This document shows, piece by piece, positions 10,128-19,103 of a DNA stretch of 32,000 nt; position 1 is the first letter of the stretch; each line of letters begins with the position of its first letter. The DNA is taken from positions 2,340,001 to 2,372,000 of the forward strand of contig NZ_CP015137.1 in NCBI RefSeq assembly GCF_001644705.1, written 5' to 3'. The stretch is from Dickeya solani IPO 2222. GTDB lineage: Bacteria; Pseudomonadota; Gammaproteobacteria; Enterobacterales; Enterobacteriaceae. The position numbers and the translations under genes were made by a program. The notes beneath the pieces are model-generated. The model saw only the letters and a program-made list of their open reading frames with translations, had not been told where the DNA came from and did not search any database.

Positions 10128-11099
10128 TTATTCAGTCAATAGAGAAGCACAGTGCTGCCACACATCGGCGGCGCGGAGATCCGCCAGATTGCGGCTGCCT
10201 GCCGGACGGCAGACATGCTGGTTTTGGCCGTAGCCGCCGATCAACCCTGGGTCGGTCGGGCCGTACAGCGTGATGTTGGGGCGATCGAGCGCGGCGGCGA
10301 GGTGACTGAGCCCGGTATCCACCGAGACCACGGCTTGCGCGCCCGCCAGCACGCCCGCGACCTGTTCCAGCGTCAGCCGGGGCAGCACGTCGACGTGGGA
10401 AAACCCGGCTGCCAGCCGCTGCGCCCGCCGGTGCTCGTGCTCCGCACCCCAGGGCAATTTGATGCGCAGCCCGCGAGGTTCGGCCAGTGCGATCAGTTCG
10501 CGCCAGTGCGCCTCCGGCCAGTGTTTTTCATCCCTCGTGGTGGCATGCAGAAACACCAGATACGGCTGGCTGTCGGCGGGTTGCGCCGACAGAAAACGCG
10601 CCGCAATGGCATAATCGCCCTGTTCCGTCGGTTTACGGTAGTTCAGGCTGACGGAAAACAGTTCCCGGATGCGTTCTACCGCGTGCTGTTGGCGCCCGAT
10701 CGGATGCCGATACTGATAAAACCAGCTGGCCAGCGGTTCGCGGGCGCTTTTCCAGTCTAGCCCGTGCTTGTTGCCGAGGGCCAGACGGGTCACCAGCACC
10801 GCGCTTTTCAGCAACCCCTGCGCATCAATGACCGCATCGTAGCGCTTTTCACGCAGTTGGGTTTTGAACGTGGCACGCTCTGCGCGGGTTTCACTGCTGA
10901 ACCAGCTTTTGCGCCAGCGGCGGAGCGCCACCGAAATGACGCGGTCAACCGCCGGATGCCAACCGGGGATCTGGGCAAAACCTTCTTCCACCACCCAGTC
11001 GAACTGGATGCCGTGAATCACCTGCATCGCATCGGTGAGTGCGGGCAGGGTGTGCAACACATCGCCCATGGAAGACGTTTTGACGATCAGTACCCTCAT
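10128..11099 (-). CDS. waaC: LPS heptosyltransferase I
   Basis: MRVLIVKTSSMGDVLHTLPALTDAMQVIHGIQFDWVVEEGFAQIPGWHPAVDRVI... is nearly identical to the E. coli WaaC N-terminus. 323 aa. Confidence 0.95.
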   Translation of the reverse strand: MRVLIVKTSSMGDVLHTLPALTDAMQVIHGIQFDWVVEEGFAQIPGWHPAVDRVISVALRRWRKSWFSSETRAERATFKTQLREKRYDAVIDAQGLLKSAVLVTRLALGNKHGLDWKSAREPLASWFYQYRHPIGRQQHAVERIRELFSVSLNYRKPTEQGDYAIAARFLSAQPADSQPYLVFLHATTRDEKHWPEAHWRELIALAEPRGLRIKLPWGAEHEHRRAQRLAAGFSHVDVLPRLTLEQVAGVLAGAQAVVSVDTGLSHLAAALDRPNITLYGPTDPGLIGGYGQNQHVCRPAGSRNLADLRAADVWQHCASLLTE

Positions 11100-12148
11100 G
11101 CAGGCTCCCCTTTAGCGGGCAGATAGCGTGACAGGGCATCCAGCACCTGTTGCGGCTGAATATCGATCAGGCTCTGATGATACCCTTGTTCGGCATCGCC
11201 TTTGCGCACCCGGTGATAACCGGTAATCAGGCGGATGACCTCGGCCTGATGGGACAGCGGTGGAGTGAAGTCCGGGCTGCTGGGGCCGTACAGCGCCACC
11301 AGCGGGCGGTTGAGCGCCGCCGCCACGTGCATCAGACCGGAATCGTTGCTGACGATCGCCTGACAGGCGGCGATCAACACCACCGCCTGATCCAGCGCTG
11401 TCTGCCCGGCCAGATTAAGACAATGCTCGCGGGCATCGGCACTCAGGGTTTGACGGATGTCCTCACCCGCCTGATGATCGTTTTTCGAACCAAACAAGAT
11501 GACCTGATAACCTTGTTCAATCAGCGTTTGCGCCAGCGAGCCGTAGTGGTAATGCGGCCAGCGTTTGGCCGGTCCGAACTCGGCGCCGGGGCAAAAGCCA
11601 ATCAGCGGCCGGACGTCGGTCAGATTAAAGGCGGCGGTGACATCCGCAATTTCGGCGTCATTTACCGCCAACTGCGGCCACAGTAAAGGCTGAGGCAAAT
11701 CAGCGGCGGTATGAATGCGAGCACGGCCGTAGGCCAGCGCGACATAGCGCTGCACCATCAGCGGGAAAGCCGCTTTGTCCAGAACCCGTAGGTCATTGAG
11801 CAAACCGTAGCGCATTTCACCACGCCAGCCGGTGCGGTGCGGAATGCCGGCAAAAAAAGGCACCAGCGCCGATTTGAAGGAATTGGGCAGCACATAGGCG
11901 CGATCGTATCGCTGCTCACGTAGCGATACGCCCAGTCGCCGACGTTCGCTGAGCGCCAGCATGCCGTGTCCCAGCGGCATGGGCAATGCCTGATGCACTT
12001 CGGGCATGCGCGCCAGCAGCGGGCGACACCAGGCCGGCGCCATCACATCGATGATAGCGTCCGGGTGTTCGGCCTTCAGGGTGCGGTAAAGACTGTGCGA
12101 CATCATCATATCGCCCACCCAGGAAGGACCGATAACCAGAATTTTCAT
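11096..12148 (-). CDS. waaF: ADP-heptose:LPS heptosyltransferase II
   Basis: MKILVIGPSWVGDMMMSHSLYRTLKAEHPDAIIDVMAPAWCRPLLARMPEV... is colinear with E. coli WaaF. 350 aa, with a 4-nt overlap with waaC. Confidence 0.95.
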   Translation of the reverse strand: MKILVIGPSWVGDMMMSHSLYRTLKAEHPDAIIDVMAPAWCRPLLARMPEVHQALPMPLGHGMLALSERRRLGVSLREQRYDRAYVLPNSFKSALVPFFAGIPHRTGWRGEMRYGLLNDLRVLDKAAFPLMVQRYVALAYGRARIHTAADLPQPLLWPQLAVNDAEIADVTAAFNLTDVRPLIGFCPGAEFGPAKRWPHYHYGSLAQTLIEQGYQVILFGSKNDHQAGEDIRQTLSADAREHCLNLAGQTALDQAVVLIAACQAIVSNDSGLMHVAAALNRPLVALYGPSSPDFTPPLSHQAEVIRLITGYHRVRKGDAEQGYHQSLIDIQPQQVLDALSRYLPAKGEPA

Positions 12149-12178
12149 ACCGTTCGTGTTTCCTTACGGCAAAGCGAA

Positions 12179-13111
12179 TCAGGCGTTGCGGTTCAGCCAG
12201 GCCAGATAGTCGGTGACCCCTTCCGCTACGGTTTTGAACGGTTTGTCATAACCCGCGGCGCGCAGGTTGGTGAGGTCTGCCTGCGTGTAGGCCTGATAGC
12301 GGCCTTTCAGTTTTTCCGGGAAGGGGATGGACTCTACATCGTCTTTCTGGTGGTAGGCCAGTACGGCATCCGCCACGGCCTGGAAGGACTCGGCGCGCCC
12401 GGTACCGCAGTTGAAAATACCGGAAACTTCGTGTTGCCAGAACCACAGGTTCACCGCCGCCACGTCGCCGACATAGATAAAATCGCGTTTGAAGTTTTCG
12501 CTGCCGGCGAACAGTTTGGGTTTCTCACCCTGATTGATCTGGTTATTCAGGTGGAACGCCACGCTGGCCATGCTGCCTTTGTGGCCTTCGCGCGGCCCGT
12601 AGACGTTGAAGTAGCGAAAGCCGCAAATTTGTGAGCTGGTCTGCGGCAGAATTTCACGCACATACTGGTCGAACAGGAACTTGGAATAGCCGTAGACGTT
12701 CAACGGCTGCTCATACTGACGGTCTTCCACAAAGTTGTCGGTGCGGCCGCCGTAGGTAGCGGCGGAAGAGGCGTACAGGAATGGAATTCCACGTTCCAGG
12801 CAGTAGTGCAGCACGTCTTTGGAGTACTGATAGTTATTATCCATCATGTACTTACCGTCCCACTCGGTGGTGGAGGAACAGGCGCCTTCGTGGAAAATGA
12901 CATCGATATCGCCCAGATCGTCACCGGCGACGATACTGGCGAGGAAGTCTTCCTTATCCATGTAGTCGGCGATGTCCAGATCGACCAGATTGGCGAACTT
13001 GGTGCCATCCTTAAGGTTGTCGACCACCAGAATATCCCGGTACCCTGCGTCATTCAGCGCCTTCACGATATTGCTGCCGATGAAACCCGCGCCGCCAGTT
13101 ACGATAATCAT
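12179..13111 (-). CDS. hldD: ADP-L-glycero-D-manno-heptose 6-epimerase
   Basis: 310 aa. [21 protein letters not shown]... (Rossmann GxxGxxG) and ...[12 protein letters not shown] (YxxxK) are colinear with E. coli HldD/RfaD. Confidence 0.96.
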   Translation of the reverse strand: MIIVTGGAGFIGSNIVKALNDAGYRDILVVDNLKDGTKFANLVDLDIADYMDKEDFLASIVAGDDLGDIDVIFHEGACSSTTEWDGKYMMDNNYQYSKDVLHYCLERGIPFLYASSAATYGGRTDNFVEDRQYEQPLNVYGYSKFLFDQYVREILPQTSSQICGFRYFNVYGPREGHKGSMASVAFHLNNQINQGEKPKLFAGSENFKRDFIYVGDVAAVNLWFWQHEVSGIFNCGTGRAESFQAVADAVLAYHQKDDVESIPFPEKLKGRYQAYTQADLTNLRAAGYDKPFKTVAEGVTDYLAWLNRNA

Positions 13112-13135
13112 GGGAGTTACCTGCTAATCTTGCTG

Positions 13136-13154
13136 GTGGAGCACCGTGCTCCAC
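13136..13154. repeat. Perfect 9-1-9 inverted repeat in the hldD 5' region (function unknown: leader hairpin or operator)
   Basis: GTGGAGCAC-c-GTGCTCCAC lies 25 nt upstream of the hldD ATG, just 5' of its AGG Shine-Dalgarno on the minus strand. Confidence 0.9.
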
Positions 13155-13394
13155 ACCTGTTGAGCGCTATAATAGCATTTCGACGCATTACAGACATCCT
13201 GTGCGGATTTTCCCGCCGTTTCTTGCCAACCGCTTCGCATTTCCGGCGTGACCGCTGTGGCATTTTGTGGTCGACACATCAGCCCGGCTCGCATTTCTCC
13301 ACTACCTTTACCTCCATGAGATCCGCTTTGCTTCCATGAGACCTACCGCCGACCGGCGGAAATGTCGATGACGGACGAAAAGGAGAGCCGTGCC

Positions 13395-14591
13395 ATGCCT
13401 GATGCGTTTTATCACCAACTGACCACCCAGCTTGCCTCGCTACGCGACGAGGGGCTGTTTAAGGATGAGCGGCCGATCGCCACGGCGCAGCAGGCGCAAA
13501 TTACGGTGGCGGACGATGGCGAGCTGATCAATTTCTGCGCGAATAATTATCTGGGACTGGCCAATCACCCGGCGGTGATTGACGCGGCCAAGGCTGGGCT
13601 GGATAGCCGCGGTTTTGGCATGGCGTCGGTGCGTTTTATCTGCGGTACGCAGGATATTCACCAGACGTTGGAGCGCCAACTGGCGGAGTTTCTCGGCATG
13701 GAGGACGCCATCCTGTATTCCTCCTGCTTTGACGCCAACGGCGGGCTGTTCGAAACCCTGATGGGGGAAGACGACGCGATTGTGTCCGATGCGCTCAATC
13801 ATGCGTCGATCATCGACGGTATTCGCCTGTCCAAAGCGCGCCGTTATCGTTACGACAATAACGATATGCATCAGTTGGACGCACGGCTAAAGCAGGCCCG
13901 GGCGGAAGGGGCGCGCAATCTGATGATCGCCACCGATGGCGTGTTTTCGATGGATGGCGTGATCGCCAATTTGCGCGGCATTTGCGATCTGGCGGAGCGT
14001 TACGACGCGCTGGTGATGGTGGACGACTCCCACGCGGTGGGCTTTGTCGGCGAACAAGGACGCGGCACCCATGAATACTGTCAGGTGATGGGGCGGGTGG
14101 ACATTATTACCGGCACGCTGGGCAAGGCGTTGGGCGGCGCGTCCGGCGGCTATACCGCCGCCCGGCGGGAGGTGGTGGCGTGGCTGCGTCAGCGCTCCCG
14201 GCCGTACTTGTTTTCCAATTCGCTGGCGCCGTCGATTGTGACCGCGTCGATCAAGGTATTGGCGCTGTTACAGGATGGGCAGGCGCTGCGTCGGCGTCTG
14301 TGGCATAACGCCAGTCTGTTTCGTCAGCGGATGACCGAAGCGGGGTTTACGCTCGCGGGCGCGGATCACGCCATTATTCCGGTGATGTTGGGCGACGCCC
14401 GGCTGGCGCAGGCATTCGCGGCGGCGCTGCGACAGGAAGGCATCTATGTCACCGGTTTCTTCTACCCGGTGGTGCCGCACGGGCAGGCGCGCATCCGTAC
14501 CCAGATGTCGGCGGCGCATACGCCGGAACAGATTGAACGGGCGGTGACGGCGTTTATCCGCGTCGGCCGCCGGTTGGGCGTGGTGAGGTGA
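13395..14591 (+). CDS. kbl: Glycine C-acetyltransferase (2-amino-3-ketobutyrate CoA ligase)
   Basis: It is colinear with E. coli Kbl (...[14 protein letters not shown]...SMDGVIANL...GTLGKALGG...). The ORF is open from 13362, but AAGGAG at 13380-13385 plus the ATG at 13395 gives 398 aa, the E. coli length. Confidence 0.95.
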   Translation: MPDAFYHQLTTQLASLRDEGLFKDERPIATAQQAQITVADDGELINFCANNYLGLANHPAVIDAAKAGLDSRGFGMASVRFICGTQDIHQTLERQLAEFLGMEDAILYSSCFDANGGLFETLMGEDDAIVSDALNHASIIDGIRLSKARRYRYDNNDMHQLDARLKQARAEGARNLMIATDGVFSMDGVIANLRGICDLAERYDALVMVDDSHAVGFVGEQGRGTHEYCQVMGRVDIITGTLGKALGGASGGYTAARREVVAWLRQRSRPYLFSNSLAPSIVTASIKVLALLQDGQALRRRLWHNASLFRQRMTEAGFTLAGADHAIIPVMLGDARLAQAFAAALRQEGIYVTGFFYPVVPHGQARIRTQMSAAHTPEQIERAVTAFIRVGRRLGVVR

Positions 14592-14601
14592 GGAGAAGAG
14601 G

Positions 14602-15627
14602 ATGAAAGCGCTGGCGAAACTGCGCCCGGAACCGGGCATCTGGCTGACTGACGTTCCGGTGCCGGAGCCGGGTCACAACGACGTGATGATCAACATCCGC
14701 AAAACCGCTATTTGCGGCACCGACGTGCATATTTACAACTGGGATGCGTGGTCGCAGAAAACCATCCCGGTGCCGATGGTGGTCGGGCATGAGTATGTCG
14801 GCGAAATCGTGGCGATAGGGCAGGAAGTGGAAGGGTTCAGGATTGGCGATCGGGTTTCGGGCGAAGGGCATATCACCTGCGGCTATTGTCGTAACTGTCG
14901 CGCCGGCCGCCGCCACCTGTGCCGCAATGCCTCCGGCGTCGGCGTTAACCGGCCGGGTGCCTTCGCTGAGTATCTGGTGATCCCGGCGTATAACGCGTTT
15001 CGTCTTCCGGCGGCGGTTCCCGATGACATCGCCGCTATTTTCGATCCCTTCGGCAACGCGGTGCACACGGCGCTGGCGTTTGATCTGGTGGGGGAAGACG
15101 TGCTGGTGAGCGGCGCCGGACCGATTGGCGTTATGGCGGCCGCGGTTTGTCGTCACGTTGGCGCCCGTCATGTGGTGATTACCGACATCAATGACTATCG
15201 GCTGGCGCTGGCGCGGCAGATGGGCGTGACCCGGGCGGTGAATGTGTCGCGGGAATCGCTGGCCGACGTGATGAGGGAACTGGGTATGACCGAAGGGTTT
15301 GACGTCGGGCTGGAGATGTCCGGCGCACCGGTGGCCTTGCGCACGCTATTGTCGGTGATGAACCACGGCGGTCGTATTGCCATGCTGGGTATTCCGCCGG
15401 AAGCTATGCCGGTGGACTGGAGTGAAATCATTTTCAAGGGGCTGGTGATTAAAGGCATCTATGGCCGCGAAATGTTTGAAACCTGGTACAAAATGGCGGC
15501 GCTGATCCAGTCTGGACTGGACCTGTCGCCGATCATCACCCATCGCTACGCCGTTGACGATTTCCAGCGTGGGTTTGATGTGATGCGCTCCGGCCAGTCC
15601 GGCAAAGTTGTGTTGAGCTGGGAGTAA
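14602..15627 (+). CDS. tdh: L-threonine 3-dehydrogenase
   Basis: 341 aa. [48 protein letters not shown]...GHEYVGE is colinear with E. coli Tdh. It sits 10 nt after kbl. Confidence 0.97.
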   Translation: MKALAKLRPEPGIWLTDVPVPEPGHNDVMINIRKTAICGTDVHIYNWDAWSQKTIPVPMVVGHEYVGEIVAIGQEVEGFRIGDRVSGEGHITCGYCRNCRAGRRHLCRNASGVGVNRPGAFAEYLVIPAYNAFRLPAAVPDDIAAIFDPFGNAVHTALAFDLVGEDVLVSGAGPIGVMAAAVCRHVGARHVVITDINDYRLALARQMGVTRAVNVSRESLADVMRELGMTEGFDVGLEMSGAPVALRTLLSVMNHGGRIAMLGIPPEAMPVDWSEIIFKGLVIKGIYGREMFETWYKMAALIQSGLDLSPIITHRYAVDDFQRGFDVMRSGQSGKVVLSWE

Positions 15628-15633
15628 TGCGCC

Positions 15634-15654
15634 GCACGACCGGAAGCGTCGTGT
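15634..15654. terminator. Short hairpin in the 26-bp gap between convergent tdh and yibQ (no U-tract)
   Basis: GCACGAC-cggaagc-GTCGTGT gives 7 bp including a G:U. It abuts the yibQ stop codon. It is a weak candidate only. Confidence 0.3.
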
Positions 15655-16598
15655 TACCCCAGCCAGGTCTGCCAGTGCTGTTTCAGGTAGCTGACGGCGG
15701 GGCTGGTCGCCAGATTACGTCCAAGCTGTCGCCACAGCTCCGGTTGCGATATTGCCGGCAGCGGTTGTTTGATCGCGCAGACTTGAATAGGGCGCAGACG
15801 TTTTTGCGCCGGGGCGACCGGTTGCGAGGCGAGGTACGTCGGCACCGGCTGATAGCGCGGTTCCGGTTCGTTCAGCAACTGACTGGGGCGCACCAGCACG
15901 ATATCGGCCGGCAGCGTCGGTAACATCTGCTGCAACACCTGAATAGTGGTGGGATGAGGGTGACCGATGGCGATGGCATACCCGCTGCGTTGTGCTATCT
16001 CCACAGCCCGGCTGAACTGGCGCCGGATATCGGCGACGTTCTGGGTATCGTCCAGAAAAACCTTGCGTTTAAGTACCTTGATGCCGGTGCCTGCCGCCGC
16101 CCGGCTGGCCTGACTGCTGCCGATGGTCATGCTGTCGAGAAAATAGAGGCGATAGGCGGTCATCGCCTGCATCACTTTTTGCATACCCGGCAGGCTGTCG
16201 GTCATGGCGCTGCCCATGTGGTTGTTCAACCCAACGGCGTAAGGCACCTTGTTGACCGCGTCGCGCAGGATGCGGGCGATTTCCTCGCTGCTCATGTCGG
16301 GGCGCAGCGTGTCCCGCTCTAGCGGTTGCTTGCTCATCGGCGCCATCGGCAGGTGGATCAGCACTTCTCTGCCTTGTGCATGAGCCTTGGTCGCCATGTC
16401 GCGGGCGTAAGGCGCATTGGGCAACACGGCCACGGAAATGGCGGTAGGCATCGCCAGCACCTGATTTTCGTTATGCGGGCGGTAGCCGAAATCATCGATC
16501 ACCAGCGCCAGTTTGCCTGCCCAGACGGGGAGGACCAGCAGCGTGCCGGTGAGAGTCATGCCGGTGAGAGCCAGAAAGCGAGAAATTAATGGACGCAA
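15654..16598 (-). CDS. yibQ: Divergent polysaccharide deacetylase family protein YibQ
   Basis: 314 aa. It has a signal/anchor followed by LALVIDDFGYRPHNENQVLAMPTAISVAVLPNAPYA...HLPMAP, typical of YibQ. The conserved envC-yibQ order supports the call. Confidence 0.9.
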   Translation of the reverse strand: MRPLISRFLALTGMTLTGTLLVLPVWAGKLALVIDDFGYRPHNENQVLAMPTAISVAVLPNAPYARDMATKAHAQGREVLIHLPMAPMSKQPLERDTLRPDMSSEEIARILRDAVNKVPYAVGLNNHMGSAMTDSLPGMQKVMQAMTAYRLYFLDSMTIGSSQASRAAAGTGIKVLKRKVFLDDTQNVADIRRQFSRAVEIAQRSGYAIAIGHPHPTTIQVLQQMLPTLPADIVLVRPSQLLNEPEPRYQPVPTYLASQPVAPAQKRLRPIQVCAIKQPLPAISQPELWRQLGRNLATSPAVSYLKQHWQTWLG

Positions 16599-16600
16599 AC

Positions 16601-17875
16601 CTACCTTCCTAGCCAGGGTAAGGGGTTGACCGCCTGTCCCTGACGTCGAATTTCAAAATAGAGGGCGGGCTGACTCTGCCCGCCGCTGTTGCCGACCAGC
16701 GCTACCGGCTGACCGGCTTTCACCTGCGCGCCTACCGAGACCAGTGCGCTCTGGTTATAGCCATACAGGCTCATGTCGCCTTTGCCGTGTTCCAGCACTA
16801 CCACCTGACCATAGCCTTGCAGCCAGTCGGCCATCAGCACCGTGCCGTCGGCGATGGCGCGCACCTCGGTGCCTTCGGAAGCGCCGATTACCAGCCCTTT
16901 CCAGCGCAGTTCGCCCTGCAACGGCTCGCCGAAGCGGTGCAATGTGCGACCACGCACCGGCCACACGTACTGGCCGGCCGGCTGACCCAGACCGCCGGTA
17001 CGGGCCATCAGCGAGCGCTCCTGTTCAGAGGGCTTATAGCTGGCGCCCTTGCGTTTGGCCTGCTCTTCTTTTTCGCGCAGGCGGGCGGCTTCGCGGGCTT
17101 CACGCTCCGCTCGCGCCCTGGCTTCCCGTTCCGCCCGTGCGATCTGGTCGCGCAGGCGGGTTTCGTTCTGACGCAGTTCCGTCAATTGTTGCTGGTCTTT
17201 TTCCAGCGCGTTCTCCAGCGCGCCCAACGTCTTCTGACGTTCGCCCTGCGCCTGTTCCTGCGTTTTCTGCTGCTGCTGTTGGTCGCCGAGCAGGCGTTTT
17301 TGCTGCGCCTGTTTCTGTTCCAGTTGCTGCTTCTGGCTGGCAAGCTGCGTTCGGGTTTGCTGTAACGCGGTGATGGCTTGCTCACGCGCCTGATTCAGGT
17401 AATTGAAGTAGGAGAGGATGCGCTCGCGACGCTGGCTTTCCTCACCGCTGAGGATCAATTGCAGAGCGCCATGCTGGCCCTGGCGGAATGCGGCATCCAG
17501 CTGTTTCGCCAGCAGGGTTTCCTGCGTTTTCTGCTGGGTTTGCAGTTTGGCGATGGAGGCGTTCAGGCTGACGACATCCTGATTCAGGTGTTCAAGGGTG
17601 GAGCGGGTGTCGCGTAGCTGGCGGGAGGACTGAGCGATCGACTGTTCCTGCTTTTTCAGTTGCTCAAGCAGGGCGCTGCGGCGTTGTTGCTGTTCCCGGA
17701 CGCTTTTTTCCTTTTCTGCGATGTCTTGCTGCAGGGATTTCAGCTGCTGCTGGCCGTCGTCGCTCCAGCCGGGGCATGGCAACAGCAGCACGCCGACACA
17801 AAGCACACTGGCGCACCGGATTAACAGTTTGTCACGACCCGTCGGCAACGGTACAGAGAACGCTTTTTTGCTCAT
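16601..17875 (-). CDS. envC: Murein hydrolase (amidase) activator EnvC
   Basis: 424 aa. It has a signal peptide, a long Q/E/R/K-rich coiled coil, and a C-terminal degenerate LytM/M23 domain (...WPVRGRTLHRFGE...GLVIGASEGTEVRAIADGTV...GYGQVVVLEHG...). Confidence 0.93.
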   Translation of the reverse strand: MSKKAFSVPLPTGRDKLLIRCASVLCVGVLLLPCPGWSDDGQQQLKSLQQDIAEKEKSVREQQQRRSALLEQLKKQEQSIAQSSRQLRDTRSTLEHLNQDVVSLNASIAKLQTQQKTQETLLAKQLDAAFRQGQHGALQLILSGEESQRRERILSYFNYLNQAREQAITALQQTRTQLASQKQQLEQKQAQQKRLLGDQQQQQKTQEQAQGERQKTLGALENALEKDQQQLTELRQNETRLRDQIARAEREARARAEREAREAARLREKEEQAKRKGASYKPSEQERSLMARTGGLGQPAGQYVWPVRGRTLHRFGEPLQGELRWKGLVIGASEGTEVRAIADGTVLMADWLQGYGQVVVLEHGKGDMSLYGYNQSALVSVGAQVKAGQPVALVGNSGGQSQPALYFEIRRQGQAVNPLPWLGR

Positions 17876-17884
17876 GGCGAAAGA

Positions 17885-17953
17885 TTATTCCACGATGAAC
17901 AGCGCCTTACCAGTTGTCTCGTCAGGGATTTCTATTTCCATCCATGACAGCAG
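17885..17953 (-). pseudogene. gpmI: 3'-terminal remnant (about 22 codons plus stop) of gpmI/gpmM, the cofactor-independent phosphoglycerate mutase; the rest of the gene is absent
   Basis: The minus-strand translation is LLSWMEIEIPDETTGKALFIVE-stop, ending 9 nt before the envC ATG. This compares with the E. coli GpmM C-terminus ...[22 protein letters not shown] (from memory; 15/23 identical over the 23 aligned positions starting one codon further upstream). The ancestral order is yibN <> gpmM-envC-yibQ. Confidence 0.7.
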
Positions 17954-18101
17954 CCGGCCTCGGATCCCGCGGATAAATGCAATCCGCCGCGCATAATCAT
18001 GATGCGATATTGGCTTACAGGCTGTAATTGCGGTATCGCACAGGTATACTCAGACACCCTGTATTTGAATTGCTTAACTGATTTCGGAGTCGTTACACCC
18101 C

Positions 18102-18533
18102 ATGCAAGAGATTATGCCATTCATCAGCCGACACCCGATTCTGAGCGTGGCCTGGATTGCCCTGCTGGTCGCGGTCATTGTGCTTACGGTGAAGAGTAAA
18201 CTGTCCAAGGTAAAAGAAGTGGCTCGTGGTGAAGCGATCCAACTGATTAATAAAGAAGAAGCGGTGGTGATAGACACCCGTAATCGTGATGATTACCGTC
18301 GTGGACATATCGCCGGCGCCATCAACCTGTTGCCGAACGACATCAAAAACGGCAGCCTGAGCGAGCTGGAAAAACACAAGGCGCAGCCGGTGATTGTGGT
18401 GTGCGCCAACGGCATGGCATCTCGTGAACCGGCAGAGAACCTGTTCAACGCTGGGTTTGAGCGCGTCGTAATCCTGAAAGACGGGCTGGCTGGCTGGAGC
18501 GGCGAGAACCTCCCGCTGGTGCGCGGTAAATAA
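18102..18533 (+). CDS. yibN: Rhodanese-domain inner-membrane protein YibN
   Basis: 143 aa. [28 protein letters not shown]...[11 protein letters not shown]...GHIAGAINL...[13 protein letters not shown] is colinear with E. coli YibN (143 aa). Confidence 0.93.
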   Translation: MQEIMPFISRHPILSVAWIALLVAVIVLTVKSKLSKVKEVARGEAIQLINKEEAVVIDTRNRDDYRRGHIAGAINLLPNDIKNGSLSELEKHKAQPVIVVCANGMASREPAENLFNAGFERVVILKDGLAGWSGENLPLVRGK

Positions 18534-18536
18534 TGC

Positions 18537-18568
18537 GACGCCCCGTCAGAGGGGAGTCTGTTTGTGTT
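18537..18568 (+). terminator. Hairpin plus U-rich tail after yibN (terminator/attenuator candidate)
   Basis: GACGCCCC-gtcaga-GGGGAGTC forms 8 bp with 1 mismatch and is followed by TGTTTGTGTT. Confidence 0.45.
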
Positions 18569-18632
18569 ATGGCGTGTCCTTCCTGGCGAAGGGAAGCGCG
18601 CAAGGAAATCTAACGAAAGGGTATTATTCAAC

Positions 18633-19103
18633 ATGTCTGAACAAAACAACGGCGAAATGACTTTCCAGATCCAGCGTATCTACACCAAGGATATTTCTTT
18701 CGAAGCGCCGAACGCGCCGCAGGTGTTCCAGCAGGAATGGAACCCGGAAGTCAAACTGGACCTGGATACCGCATCCACCCAGTTGGCTGACGATGTGTAC
18801 GAAGTGGTGCTGCGCGTGACCGTGACCTCCGCTCTCGGCGAAGAAACCGCATTCCTGTGCGAAGTGCAGCAGGCGGGTATTTTCACGGTTTCCGGCATTG
18901 AAGGTACCCAACTGGCCCACTGCCTGGGCGCTTACTGCCCGAACGTGCTGTTCCCGTACGCGCGCGAATGCATCACCAGCCTGGTATCCCGCGGCACGTT
19001 CCCGCAGCTGAATCTGGCTCCGGTTAACTTTGACGCGCTGTTCATGAACTATCTGGAACAGCAGGCCGGTCAGGACGACGCCGCTCAGACGCTGAATGCC
19101 TGA
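18633..19103 (+). CDS. secB: Protein-export chaperone SecB
   Basis: [36 protein letters not shown]... is near-identical to E. coli SecB. The ORF is open from 18564, but homology fixes the start at 18633 (156 aa). Confidence 0.97.
   Translation: MSEQNNGEMTFQIQRIYTKDISFEAPNAPQVFQQEWNPEVKLDLDTASTQLADDVYEVVLRVTVTSALGEETAFLCEVQQAGIFTVSGIEGTQLAHCLGAYCPNVLFPYARECITSLVSRGTFPQLNLAPVNFDALFMNYLEQQAGQDDAAQTLNA

Noticed and set aside
13362-13394. N-terminal extensions offered by the ORF track. These are kbl from 13362, secB from 18564, cysE from 20214 (TTG), ysgA to 27379, the LysR gene to 30305, pagP from 21323 (TTG), waaA to 3862 and the GT2 from 250.
   Set aside because: Homologue N-termini, or Shine-Dalgarno positions, or both, favour internal starts in every case: 13395, 18633, 20241, 27241, 30287, 21413-21440, 3856 and 295. 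The extensions have no homology.
18569-18613. A 14-codon mini-ORF ([14 protein letters not shown]) between yibN and secB that might be a grxC remnant (GrxC starts MA...CPYC).
   Set aside because: Nucleotide-level similarity to my recollection of grxC is at random level (about 11/26 in the best stretch). The CP dipeptide alone is not evidence. Unlike the gpmI scar, no extended colinear match exists.
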